DNA of 61,336 bases, filler included, from Rhabdomonas costata (lineage: Eukaryota): assembly GCA_019059605.1 (NCBI GenBank). It is 20 parts of 20 records of this genome, joined end to end, with 100 filler letters (N's around TTAATTAATTAA, not from the genome) between each part and the next. Parts side by side here need not be neighbours in the genome. Positions count along the whole stretch, not along the records: positions 49,170 to 52,136 come from JAHMHO010001633.1; positions 52,237 to 55,206 come from JAHMHO010001634.1; positions 55,307 to 58,271 come from JAHMHO010001635.1; positions 58,372 to 61,336 come from JAHMHO010001636.1; 16 more parts are not named here. One strand, 5' to 3'. The position numbers and the translations under genes are program-made. Shown one piece after another: positions 49,397-61,336 of the stretch. A model generated the notes under the pieces. That model worked only from the letters and a program-made list of their open reading frames with translations, did not search any database and was not told the DNA's origin. Position 1 is the stretch's first letter. Every line of letters begins with the position of its first letter.

Positions 49397-51081
49397 GAGC
49401 GCCGCAAGAAGCAGGAGATGGAGCGCCTCAAGCGCGAGAAGGAGACCCGCGAGAAGCTGGGATCGCGTCTCTTTGCCGAGCAGGCACCTTGCCTTTTTAA
49501 GTGGCTATGTTGGTCCGTTTTCTTTCGCCTCGGCGTCTTTCCAGTCGCGGGAAGTGGCTACACCAGCCTGGAGCTGAGAAGGCCCCAGTGTTGAATTGCA
49601 CGTTCCAGGTCATTCTCCCCAACCCGTATGCTCAATATTTGGTGTTCTGGTGACTTGCTGTTTGCTTTGCAGTTCCTGAAGAACCTGGAGAACCGTGTCT
49701 ACGCTCAGCTCGAGGATGAGGGCTACTTCCACGACACCGTCCAGCGCAAGGTGTGTGGTGGGAGCCGGACGTGGGTTATTGTAGGTCCGGAAGTGACTCC
49801 TGTTTTGCGTGAGCTCTTTCTGTTGGTTTAAAGCTGCTTTTGAGGCGCCCACCCAATACTCAGTTTCACGAGACCCCCTTTTGATTCTCTTTTTCAGTTG
49901 AGCTGCGATTTTTGGCACTTGCGTTGAAATTCTTGAGAGCTCGCGTTGGTTTGTCGCACCCCGGCCCCTTAATCAAAGCGAGCTTGGTCAAAGCCAATGG
50001 CACCTGGAAGAAATACGAGCAAGGTGGGGAACCCGCAAAGGCGGTCTCTATTTCCGCTTACAATTCTATACTCACAGAGTCACAATGAGGGTGAAAAGGG
50101 AAGAGATCTTTACGATGGGGATGGGATGTCCTTAAATTTGTGATGTTTTTTTTTGAATAGGTTGTGCCGTTTAATTTAAGTCTGAATTGAGGTGCGAACA
50201 GGTCAAACGCCGACTTTTTTTGTACGAGCAACATGGCATGCCTGCGCAAACGAAGTGCCAACGGTTCACCTCATTGGCTATTCTGCCACCAAGCGACTGG
50301 GCACCCATGAACCATGTTCCAATTGTTAAAACTGAATTGAATTGAATTGCCTCAGAGCTCCGCCACAATGAACTTTTGGGGTGCCGAGTAACCCTGGCAA
50401 TTGCACGTGCCCCTCAGGTTGAGGAGGAGTTCTTCCCGTGGCTGATGAGCCGAATGGAGTTCGAGCTCAATGAGAAGCGCCAGGCTCGCCAGCTGGTGAA
50501 CGGTGTGCGCTACCCGGCCATACCCTTAGCCTGTACCCTATCTCAAGCTGAATTTGGTGGTGACTGGGACGGTGTAACTTTGTGTGTGTGTGTGTGTGTG
50601 TGTGTGAAGGTCAAAACGGGGAGGGGTAAAACGGGAAATAAGAGGGAAGGGTGCCCACACTGAGGGTCCTATATAACACTGTCAGGCCGCCCGGCTCACC
50701 ATAAGACAGGTCAGAATACTCCCGCCAGCCCCGCGGGTCCAGGCTTGAAGGAAAACGCGCAGGCAGAGGAAAACTGGAAAAGGGGATAAAGAGCGCGAAG
50801 AGCGCCAGATGGATCAGTTCCTTCATCAATAGCAGTTTTCTGTTTGTGGTTGCTGGCAATAATTTCGAGGATGGTTCACAACATTGGATTTCACGGCTGC
50901 ATGGACTCTGCCGCCCGTTTTTCTGCAGACACCTGGGTGAGTGGACATGGTCTCCAGGACTTTGGAGTTGGGTTGGCCTATTTTTTTTTCTGAGGTGGGG
51001 TTTTCTACAGACTTAATCGAGTACGCCGTTCAGAAGATGTCTCGAGGCCCTGCACGCGCAAGCGTCGAGGAAGCACCATGA
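49397..51081 (+). CDS. RSP3: Flagellar radial spoke protein 3, 3' exons 49397-49483, 49673-49750, 50418-50502, 51011-51081
   Basis: ERRKKQEMERLKREKETREKLGSRLFAEQ|FLKNLENRVYAQLEDEGYFHDTVQRK|VEEEFFPWLMSRMEFELNEKRQARQLVND|LIEYAVQ matches the RSP3 C-terminus (GYF.D....E..F.PWL). Confidence 0.85.
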
Positions 51082-54000
51082 CCCTAAGTCCACACAGAAA
51101 GGGGTGGCCCGTATCCTCTCCAACGTTTTGGGCTTTGTGTCGAATGGCAGGGTCCCGGGAAGGTTAGAGGTTAGGCTGGCCTTATTTTGTCGTGCCTCCC
51201 TCGCTCTCCACACCACACGAGAACCAGCTTTTGCAAAGGCGAATAAACAATTTTCAGTGTGGGTGGTGAAGCCAGGCTTTTTGATAGACAACTGCCGGAG
51301 GACACTGTCCCCCCCCCTCCATGTTCCATGTTCTGTGCTTTTTAGTGGAAATCAGCGGAATCAGCTAAATTTCTGAGCGTAACGAGAAACGAGAAGCTCC
51401 CGAAAACTCGTCCCAGAATTTTTTTTGCGGGATTATAGGACAAATCACTCTCCATGCTATTCCTTTTCCTTTCTGCTGCTTTGCATTGATTACAACATGT
51501 TCCTGGAGAGTTCAGATTTCGGGGCCTGTACACTTGCCATCCACTTCAGTTAGATGCATACCCACCTTTCATTGTGCAAGGTAACTTCTCAAGCACATTT
51601 TTAGTGCGGGGTCATAGGAAGCAGCGAATGCTGGTTCTTTCCACATGGGTACAATTGTTTGGAAGACGTTCGCCCACCATCGCCTGCCGAGGCGAGCTTT
51701 CGCTTGACTTTTGGAGGGTGTGTGTTGTACAGTGGCCTTTTTTGCAGTTTGTTGTGTTGGGTGCACAACCCATGTCTGTCTTTTGCTTGCTGTGGGAGAA
51801 GGGCGGTGCTGTCAGTGTCTTCGTATGCCCTTCTCGTTGTTTGCGTGCACGTGGATGAATGTACTGTCCTGTGTCCCGGAAGTGTGGTGCCCCTTTGCAG
51901 ATGCTTCTGTGGAGATGTAGCTTTGGAGCAATGAACTATGTCGCAGAATGGAGGTGGTTCCCTAAACTCCTCGAAATGGTGGTGCCTAAGATACAACCTA
52001 GAAAGAAGTGCGTTGGGGCAGGGGTCGGTGGTGGGCCAGAAGAGAAGCAAGAGTATCACCCCAGAAGCTCCGTGTGAAGTGCTCCACTTGAGATGATGAA
52101 GAAAACGAAGACGGAATCTCAGGAACCCCCCCCCCCNNNNNNNNNNNNNNNNNNNNNNNNNNNNNNNNNNNNNNNNNNNNTTAATTAATTAANNNNNNNN
52201 NNNNNNNNNNNNNNNNNNNNNNNNNNNNNNNNNNNNCACTGTGCTAAGAGTTAACTTATCACATGCGTTACTGGAGAGACTGATGTTTCAACCCGGCGGA
52301 GTGGTTGGGTCATCATCACCAAGGCAGCGTCTCCACCAGCCGTGGACGTCGTTACATTCTGCTGAACACTGCGCTGTATATACTAACGGGGGAGCATGAC
52401 TGTAACACGCACCTGATCCAGCCGTCGAGGGGCACTCGGAGCGGGCGGCAGAAGAGCGCTGGGAGAGATCCGAAACTTGGCATGCGCCCTCCTCAGGGGC
52501 GAAAAGGGGCACATGCAGCCTCGCGGTGGCCATTTAGTCGAGGATCCACAATGTTCAGTGAAAACAAAAAAGACCCTGAGTGTGAGGATTGGCCCATGAC
52601 AGAACGCAGCAGGACGGAGGGCGGGGTGGCAGAGTTCTAGAGATGTGGCAACATGCCGTCCCTTGGTCTCTTGAACCCATTGTTGTTGGCCTTGCTGCCT
52701 TGTGTCGCAACCAAAGTTAGCACCACTGAGGCCATGCAATATGCAACTTCATTTCCGACGAACTGCGATGTCATCCGAATTCTGGATCCACTTGGACAGA
52801 TTCAGGGTTAAACTATATGAAGTCACCAACCTATCCTCCTGCAATGTAACCCTAAGAGGCCAGGAAGATTTCACCACATGCTAAATACAACCGGAGTCGC
52901 GAAGCTGATAAATGCAGGAGGTCCTCAGACTCACTAAAAACAAACAGCACATCTTTTGCCATACAAGCCATACAGCAAGCCGAAAGGTTGATTGGAAAGG
53001 AGAAAAAGTGATTGCTAACAAAAAGGAAAAACAGGTGGTAATTCACCCAGGTCACCCAGAGTCATCGCTTTTCACAGGTTCCGGGGTACACAATGACAAC
53101 CCTGCACGACCACCAACGCCACGTGTGTTAGGAAAACGCGAAACAAAAAAAGGGCCACTCAACACCGGCCTCGACCACTTGGAACAAAAATACAGAGAAT
53201 TGGGCACGGGGGCGCCACAGCTCAGCAGGAGTGCAGAGGGATCCCACCGCCCCGAAAGCTTGGCCGTTTTAGGATATGGCAAGATGAACCTGCGACTTCG
53301 GATCACTGGGCCACACAACGTGGAAGGATGGGGGACAGTGCAGGGGATGGGGAGTGGGATGGAGATTGAGAGAATGCAGGTGAAGTTCACCTATCAAAAC
53401 AAACGCAAGTACATGTCCGTAAACAAAGCAGGTGCGCCTTAAGCATGGCATGGACGAATGGCAAGATCTGGTTTTAGGCATGTTTATGTGAAGCTGTGCA
53501 AAGAGGTTCACAGCGCACAACTGGACGTGGGAGGACCACCCCACTCATACATTATAAAATGCTCCAATGCAAGATCTCAGGTGGTATGAAAACAAAGCCA
53601 GGGGCCAGGACACCACCAGCTTACGCACCGCAACGGGGGGAGGTGGAGGTGGTTGAACGCTCGCAACGCATATCGACGATTGACGTATCCGCGCATATTT
53701 GTGATGCGTGTAGATGCACTGTCCTATGGTTAGCAGAGAAAGGATGAAAAGTGAGTAATTGATTCTCCGACAAGAAGAGTGAAGAGCAAAAGGCGGATGA
53801 CGGAAGGCGGATGGGGGAGCGTTCCAGGAACGAGGCGGATTCGAACGCTAATGGTGGGCAACCAGTGAAAGAGGAAAGAGGAGGCAGCTCAGCTGGGACG
53901 CGTCGGGCACGATATGCACTGTCGTTCTCGCTGGTTAACCCAAAACATCAAGAAAAACAGGAGGAGAGGAGAGCAACGGCGAACTATCGGCCTCAACATG

Positions 54001-55306
54001 AGGCAGAAGGGGCAGCTGATTTTTGGATGAGAGTGTGTAAACAGAAAATTCAACATGCCAACGCAAAAAGATTGAAAGCACATCCCGCCGACAGGGAAAG
54101 TGGTTGGGTGTGTATGTGTGTCTGGCTACGTAGGAGAATAGGGTGTAAGTGGAAAAGCGGACTAAAAAAAGGGGGAAAACGGATGGATGAGTGGAGGTTC
54201 CAAAGCTCCCAAACAAATAAAAGGGAATGATTCAGAGGGTAATCGTTAATATCCGCGTTGATCCTCGCTCTTGTCGTTGAGGTCCGAAATCAGACTCGGG
54301 TGCTCCCAACAGAAATGGACGAGCAGCTATTCAGTGGGTTGGGTGCCCGCCTCAGCCGCAGCTCCGCGGTAAGCGTGCCAAACCCAAAATCGATGTCATG
54401 GGGCACGGGGGTGTTTACGGCCACCTCCGAGAGATCGATGGACTAAGTGTGAGATGAGGGCATGCAAATGGTGAAGCGGATGCGAAAACCTTTGGCGTTA
54501 TATCGTTATTACGCCAGTCTCTGTTCACTTTGATCGAGGACTCACTTGAATGCCAAACGGCCGGCGGGGCACTACCGTGGGTGCGCACATCAGAAAAGAT
54601 TCCTGAGCTTCGGTTTACGGTAACAAAAGCGGTGAAGGCAACAGGATATCCTTCCAAACTGGCGAAGTAATTCATCGACCAATGTACGCGTGATCCCAGT
54701 AGGTAAGCTTGAGTTCAGTTCATCAGCTTTAGAGTTCGTTTCTAAAAGCGTCTCATGACCGGCCGCATGTCCAGAACGTCCACGAGTGTGCTTCATGCCT
54801 TCAACACTAGCCTGGGCTTTTGCGAAGTGGTGTGTGTGTGTGTGTGGGAAGAACCACGTTTTACCATGATGACCATTTACTCATCTAAGCTCATCCATGC
54901 TTTTTACCTTCTCTTCTTTTGCCCCACACTCTTCCCTTTATCGGATCCTTCCTGCTCCTTCGTTCTGCGCCCTTTTAAACCAACTTTTCATTGCAATGAT
55001 CCCTTCCTGCTCCCGATTGTTTCCCACTGAGGTTGCATTCTGCTCTTCTCTGCTTCCGACATCACTCGTGACTTGCTTCGCAATCAACTCATCCTGCTAC
55101 ATCCACGTGCCCACAACGTCCACGAGTGTGCTTCCTGCGTTCGACGCAATCCTGTGGACCAGTTAAACGATGTGTGGACAGCACCATTTAAGCTCAAAAA
55201 CACCACNNNNNNNNNNNNNNNNNNNNNNNNNNNNNNNNNNNNNNNNNNNNTTAATTAATTAANNNNNNNNNNNNNNNNNNNNNNNNNNNNNNNNNNNNNN
55301 NNNNNN

Positions 55307-55427
55307 GCTGCTCAAGAGGCGCGACCATGGTGGAGCCCGAGCCCTGCAGCACGCCGGCGTTGGCCCAGACGTTTGCCAAAAAACTGCTGAGTAGCAGCAT
55401 CCCAAATATGGGAAAGATGCGAGCCAT
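55307..55427 (-). CDS. N-terminus of a signal-peptide protein with a PstS/PBP-like start
   Basis: MARIFPIFGMLLLSSFLANVWA-NAGVLQGSGSTMVAPLEQ. GSGST..P is typical of the start of phosphate-binding PstS domains. Truncated by the contig end. Confidence 0.5.
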
Positions 55428-56442
55428 TTGCTGAAGCAAACCTAGAAATAAAGCGGGGCAGAAAATCGCAGAGATACAGAGAGAGCTGGAGACGAGAAAA
55501 ACTGACTTCACGAGTGGCGGGTGCGAATTTCGAAAATTAGTCCATGGCAGCATTTTCTTGCGGGCTTCCAGCACGTTTGTGTCGTCAAAATGGAAATAAG
55601 TAAGTAAGTAAAGTGGGCTCCACCGCAAACTGAGAGTTTTGTTCAGCAGTTCAAGCACTGGGTTTAGGGCTGAGCGGTATTAAATCATGGCAGTCAGTGT
55701 GTCGTCTGATGCTTGGCGTTGAAGGTGCCCGCTGTGCACCCGAAACACGTCTATGTCAGGGAACGGCTGCTGAGACGGGGGCGAGAAGCAGACAAAACCA
55801 CGGAGAGCGGGACGCCGAAACAAAACAGCAATCTGGCCTGGCGAGCTTGAGGTGCGAGGTTTCTACGCACACGAAAAGTCACGGAAACAAGCGTTTGGAA
55901 TTCAAAGAACGCCTCTTTTCGGTGCAATGGAAGTTGCCGGGGGGGGGCGTAACGGTCAAAATTGGTAACAATTTCTATTATCATTTTAAAATTGTCAGGT
56001 CACGTTCCAGGTTCAGCACCCCGCTCCGAACTGGCCTTCGCCCCAAAACTTATTCTGACCTTTTCCTCCGCCATATCCCAGCCAATGGCAAGAGCCAGCA
56101 GCTTTTTTCAGCAGCTTAAGCAAAAACAAGCATATAGGGGGCACTGGAAAAGCTTACCCAACCCCCTCACACAAAAATAAATCATTTCGAGAGTGCCGGC
56201 ATAGCTAACGCGATCGCTTTAAGTAAATTTTTAAGCCAGTTTTCTGCAATCACTGGTAACAGTTACTAATGGTAAAAAAAACTTCCATTGGGCCCTCTTC
56301 CAGTAAACAACTTCAGAACGCGACCAGCAGCACTCGACGGTACACAGAGGCAGAAAGCAGCTGACAGCTCACGTGCGAGGAGAAAAAACACGGCCTGAAA
56401 AAGAAAATGCAAAGTCAGCAACTTCAGCAAATATCCACAAAG

Positions 56443-58149
56443 CTAAACCTCCACCACAACTTCGCGTGCTTCAAACGAGGAAAGGTAGAATGCCAATCGT
56501 GGGTTCACCTCTTTAAATTCTGAGGGGTGCTGCAAATGGCAAAGGAGCGCGCACCGTAGCCCAACAATCACGGAACCCCAGCTGTGAGATACAGCCAGCC
56601 AAAGCAGTGGGATCGTCGTAACGACGAAGCTGTTGGTGGTGATTTGCACTAACAAGGCGGTGACCAACGTCCCACGGGTGAAAAAGGATAAACAGCTAAT
56701 CGCGATGTCCTCATTCAAGCGGGGATGGTTCAACGCTCCGGCCGCTTCCATCAACTTGTCACACTCCTCCACAGCTTGAATATAGTTCCATTGGTTCAAC
56801 AGGCACGCCGGCAGCGCAAAGCAACGGTAGTGGCTCAGCATCTCCGAATCTATCAGCTCCTGTTGACGGTACGGGACACACACCAGTCGAGTTAACTGTG
56901 AAACTACACTGACAGCGGCTCGGCCTACCTTCCACGTCATCACCACAACATAAAGCAGCGAATCTGTCACAACTGCCCCGACGTGAAAGCGAAGGGTCCT
57001 CCACACCGCCTGGACAGTAACAAGGTGATACCGCGCGAAACATCCCGGGAAGTTTTTGCCCACGAGTGACCCAATGGTGACATCCCCGAAGGAGCTCACC
57101 ACAGAGCAGCCCCAAAACAGCGACAGAAGACCCAACACAACCGGAAAGAGCCACAGCAGGCTGAACTCAACCTCATGGAATATCATGTCAAAAATATGAC
57201 CAACCAAGACACAGAGATAACTCAGGTAGAAGTAAGCCCACCCCACCCAGGCCAACTGCGTGCCGAGCATCACGGCCAAAATTAGCGGGTCTCGCAAGAA
57301 CTCCACGGCGATGAACGAGCAGCCCGTGAAAACAGTGGCCAGCGTGTCGCGCTTTGTAACCAGCCAGCAGAACTTCAGCAAGAAATATCCTACCAAGCAA
57401 GTCAGAAAAAAACGCTCCAGAACCGGAACAAACGCATTTCCAGATATTGTGCTTAACTTTTGCGTGCTCACGGCAGCGGCTCCGATGGCCACCCCGACAG
57501 TCAGCGTCCCCATGGTAAGGAGAGGGGAAAACGCGATCATCACCAAGACTGCACATGCAACGGCGTACCCCACCAGGAGCCCATAAATCGTGGAGAGCCA
57601 CTGAAAAGAATGCATGATTTGGCCGATTGCAAAGGATGAGGGCACGTAGTATTCTTTGGAAAACACTTTCCCGAAGGCGAATCCGGCAGCTGGTAAGGCC
57701 ACTAGCGATCCCACAATGGTCAAGACAAGGCCAATAACTGCGGGCTGGTCACTGCCCTGACACCAAGCTTTAACGCTCTGTGCCGCCGCTTCAGCTTTTT
57801 CAAGTCCCCTCCGCGCTGCTGTTTTTGCATCCGTGAGGTCCAGCTTCCAGCGTACTTTATGGTGGCCCGGAGGCCGAAGTGCTTCTTGGGAAGCACCACA
57901 GGGAACCGTGGCACGCCCCTCCGGCTGCTCCAACTTCGTGTTTGGCGTGCGGCTCGAGTTTCCCTTTCTCAGCGAGGAATTTCCTTTTCTCAGTGAGGGG
58001 ACCTTGGCCAATGGTGCATCCCCATTACATTGGGGGGAAGTCTCTATCAAAGAGGGAGACTGCACCGGGGGCGTCGGCACCGGAGTGGGAGACTCAATCA
58101 CGGCCTGCGAGAGAAGTTGCTCCTTCCCAGAAACTGGTGCTTCCATCAT
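56443..58149 (-). CDS. Multi-pass membrane protein, probably choline transporter-like (CTL/SLC44/Pns1), intronless
   Basis: About 9-10 hydrophobic segments. LFWGCSVVSSFGDVTIGSLVG, AVWRTLRFHVGAV and LLCHLQHP resemble CTL-family motifs. Probable start is MMEAP at 58149. Confidence 0.65.
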   Translation of the reverse strand: MMEAPVSGKEQLLSQAVIESPTPVPTPPVQSPSLIETSPQCNGDAPLAKVPSLRKGNSSLRKGNSSRTPNTKLEQPEGRATVPCGASQEALRPPGHHKVRWKLDLTDAKTAARRGLEKAEAAAQSVKAWCQGSDQPAVIGLVLTIVGSLVALPAAGFAFGKVFSKEYYVPSSFAIGQIMHSFQWLSTIYGLLVGYAVACAVLVMIAFSPLLTMGTLTVGVAIGAAAVSTQKLSTISGNAFVPVLERFFLTCLVGYFLLKFCWLVTKRDTLATVFTGCSFIAVEFLRDPLILAVMLGTQLAWVGWAYFYLSYLCVLVGHIFDMIFHEVEFSLLWLFPVVLGLLSLFWGCSVVSSFGDVTIGSLVGKNFPGCFARYHLVTVQAVWRTLRFHVGAVVTDSLLYVVVMTWKVGRAAVSVVSQLTRLVCVPYRQQELIDSEMLSHYRCFALPACLLNQWNYIQAVEECDKLMEAAGALNHPRLNEDIAISCLSFFTRGTLVTALLVQITTNSFVVTTIPLLWLAVSHSWGSVIVGLRCALLCHLQHPSEFKEVNPRLAFYLSSFEAREVVVEV

Positions 58150-58388
58150 TCTGCAAAAAAAAATCTGAAAAAACAATGCGCAAGCATACAAGAGAAGCCG
58201 TACCAAATAAAACGTCTCATTGATAGGTCGCCTACATTCCATTTCACTAACATCCATTTGAAAATCAAAGTNNNNNNNNNNNNNNNNNNNNNNNNNNNNN
58301 NNNNNNNNNNNNNNNTTAATTAATTAANNNNNNNNNNNNNNNNNNNNNNNNNNNNNNNNNNNNNNNNNNNNCAACAAAAAACAAACAC

Positions 58389-60689
58389 CGCTCTGAAGAA
58401 GCAGGGCGGCAAGCTCCCGGTGGCCATTCTGAGCGGCAATCCACAGCGGGCTGCCGCCGTTGTCAGTTCTGGCCTGGTTGACATTCGCTCCTAAGCCAGG
58501 CACACGCTTCTTCTTCTTCTTTATTCGGGAAGAGAGAAGTTCAAACAATGGCGTTTTGCAGAAAAGCTATTCTCCGGCCACCGTACCCCCGTGACCAAAA
58601 AGACTGGGTGTCAAGGAAACAGTGGGTGCTGTCGACCCAAATGTTGACATTATTATTGCTATTATTGTTAATTTATAACATTTTCGTTGCACTTGAAAGA
58701 CTTAGGGGGAACCTTGGTAGCATTTTCCGGCAATGGCTGGGATGGTGGCCGTGTTACATGGTGCCAAAAGGAAAAATGGAATTTTGGACACCGCTGGTAA
58801 ATTTAAAGCACCACCGCACGTAAACAACTGGCTGACACAGTCGAACAGAACACCGAGAACATCGGGACTCATTTTGTTTGTGATCGGGGGGTTGATGGCT
58901 CAGTGCCAACACACACACAGACACAGACACACTCAAACCATTTTTCGATTTTTACACATAAAGAGAGAGGTCACAGTCCATTTCCAAACAAAAAAAGGAA
59001 AACCGTTCTGCAGAAGCAGCACGGCGAGCTCGCGGTGGCCCTTTTCAACGGCGGTGAACAGCGGACTAGAGCGGAAGCTGTCAGTCGTCGTCTGGTCCAC
59101 ATGAGCGCCTGTGAAATGAAGGTACTTCAGCCCCTCATCTTTGTGTTGACGTTAAAGAAAAGTTCAGTGTGTGCGCGCGCATACCGGCCTTGAGCAAAAG
59201 CTCCGCTGCGGCATGATTCCCGTCAAAGACGACGAACCACAACGCAGAGTGGCCTTGCGCGTCCAAGTCTTGGTTAACGTTGGCTCCTTTTTTCAGGAGA
59301 GAACACTCACTCCCACAGAAATGAACAAGGAAACTAACTAACCTGGTCGTACAATCCAGAGCAACCACTAGTTCGGTTCTTGAATACTGGTCCCAGCCCG
59401 ATTTCTTGAACGTAAAGCTTCCCGCACATGAATGACAAAACCTATTCCCTCCAAGGGCTGCTCCATTGTGCACCATGCGGGTTGCTCTGTCTAGTGAGGG
59501 GACGAGCAGTGTTTTGAGGCCACAGATATCCCGGGTGGTTTCAAAAGGCCTCTGGACAGAAGTGATTAGAAAAAGATTATGCTCTTCAAGTGTGTCAGCT
59601 GGCAATTCTTGCCGCAAAAGTCACGGGAAAACAGGTACAGTAAGTTCGTCAGTTCGATTTTCGGGTGTTGCCTTTGATGTCAGAAATACTGGGCCAGTTC
59701 CCTTGACAAGTCACCAGGGTAGTTTCGAGCTTCTGAACTTCGTGGAAAGCGCCAAATTTTCAAGATTCGCCGACCTGTTTCGATCAGCCTCTCCAGTTCC
59801 GGAACGACGCCGTCGTAAGCAGCACGGTACAGCTCGGCGTGCCATTCGTCCTGCGAAGGCATGTGCGACTGCGTGAATTGAAGAACGTCCGTATCTGTAC
59901 ACGCAAAGGTTTCCATTTGTCTCTCTCACTCCCCTTTGGACATCTGCGTCCACTCTTTGCGGTCACTGCGGTAAAATTCTCAAAACCACCCGCAACAGAG
60001 GCCATTCAGCGGTCGTATTGGCCATCCGACCACCCAACAACGATCGCACGAAAATTGCACAAAGCACAAGGAAAGACCTTCCGCTCCCGATCGGCGGCCG
60101 CAGTGCAACTCATGCTTGGCTGTGAGATGAAAACAAAAGACAGATTTATTCTTTGCCAGAGACAATTTAATGTGCAGTGAGCAAGAATGCAAGAAAAATG
60201 GGCAACAGCCGAAAAAGAAGGCTGAACGCAGGGCATATTCAGAAATCTAATTCCCGGGGTTCGCAGGATTTTCAGGTCAGGTACCTAGGTACAATCGAAA
60301 CCCACGATTTCACATCATAAATTGTTCACCTCATTGACAAAACAATGAAAAGTTCATAGCCAATGAAAGTGAGGCAAAAATTTCCTTGCGAGAATTGGCA
60401 CGGACTTCCGCTTTAACTGCAAGAATACCGATTGGCAAAGTTGAAAAACAAACTCGGAAAAAAGAACGAAAGCTTCGGTTACCTTCAACAAACGCGTATT
60501 CACTATAGAGAAGACATGATTTTTCTCATGCGAAGCCGGCTGGTGCACCAGAGGTGTGGAAACACGCGGTTGAGGTTCAGGCTGGTCCTCGGAGTGGTTG
60601 CAGGGCGAAGAACTCGGGGCGCCTTGTGCTATCGCTGCTTCTTGAAGATTGAAGGAAAGTGGCGGGGCTTTGGAACCGGCGCATCCCAT
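58389..60689 (-). CDS. Ankyrin-repeat protein with N-terminal MGCxxS acylation motif, partial (exons about 60689-60483, 59868-59775, 59286-59185, 59108-59004, 58490-58389)
   Basis: ELYRAAYDGVVPELERLIETG|ANVNQDLDAQGHSALWFVVFDGNHAAAELLLKAG|AHVDQ...SPLFTAVEKGHRELAVLLLQNG|ANVNQARTDNGGSPLWIAAQNGHRELAALLLQSG. Linking the first exon is less certain. Confidence 0.85.
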
Positions 60690-61336
60690 TTTTGCGACAG
60701 CACGAATCAAAAACCTGGCGAAGCCATATGCCTATGTCGTCGTATACCTATTTTGGCCAATACACTCGTCGTCTTAGGGCGGGGTACCATGGTGATTATT
60801 CCTTGTTTTTTTTCTCGATCACAAAGTAAATGAAGCAGCAACTCCCACAACCGCGCGGTTCGTGGGGTCGCTTGTCCCTGGTCGCGACTGACAAGGAAGC
60901 AAGCACAGTTGCATTGCATGGATGCATATCCGAGCACGGTTGTATTATACATCGGTGCATGCTGAAGGAAGGACGTGTGCACAACGCCGTGGGGTTTTAT
61001 AAATTCTTACCGCTGTTTTATTTTTAGGGGGATTGGTAAACTTTCCAGTTCTCCAATGTAAACAACTGCAAATTGCAATTGGAAGCTATAGCAGGGGACA
61101 GATAGGCAGGGCCCTGACACTGAACCGACGGATTGCCACTCTGCGCTTTGCAACTTTTCCGTCTGGGCAAATTCCTCCCGTTTCCTTTGCAATAGTTTGA
61201 CGTCGAGGGTAAAAATCATTGTTTGATCAGCTGGGATTCTCTGTTTATTTTTATTATTTTCACTTTTGGGGCGAGGGACTGTCGAGTTCGTGCAGTTCCT
61301 ACTGCAATGGATTCACAAAGTATGCCACCAAACCCC

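Noticed and set aside
52237-55206. Contig with weak integrase-like words (GLLNPL) and a direct repeat of about 30 bp (54776 and 55115)
   Set aside because: No coherent reading frame or motif set, so it is left unannotated.
1-61336. CRISPR arrays, rRNA/tRNA genes, prokaryotic operons, euglenid non-conventional introns
   Set aside because: I recognised no repeat-spacer array or structural RNA by eye. All reconstructed introns were GT-AG or GC-AG.

Overview
This is not a continuous locus. It is 20 unrelated, size-sorted contigs of about 2.97 kb joined by artificial 100-nt linkers (44 N + TTAATTAATTAA + 44 N). The DNA is from an intron-rich, flagellated microbial eukaryote: there are spliceosomal introns, radial spoke protein 3, a cytosolic carboxypeptidase and decayed Ty3/gypsy elements. 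The donor-site pattern and the splice acceptors just before start codons hint at a euglenozoan-like host, but this is not proven. Manually spliced gene fragments include pirin, an APC/polyamine transporter, an M14 cytosolic carboxypeptidase, a RhoGDI-like exon, a DUF4387-containing protein, an ABCG transporter, RSP3, two ankyrin proteins and two DUF11-like surface proteins. Intronless genes include two F-box/LRR proteins and a CTL-like transporter. The most notable item is contig 33813-36785. Its first and last 127 bp are identical, so it is a 2846-bp circle or a collapsed tandem array, and its only gene is an intronless bacterial-type (SdsA1/YjcS/BDS1) alkyl sulfatase. Two GC-AG introns and five fold-back hairpins at contig ends were also found.
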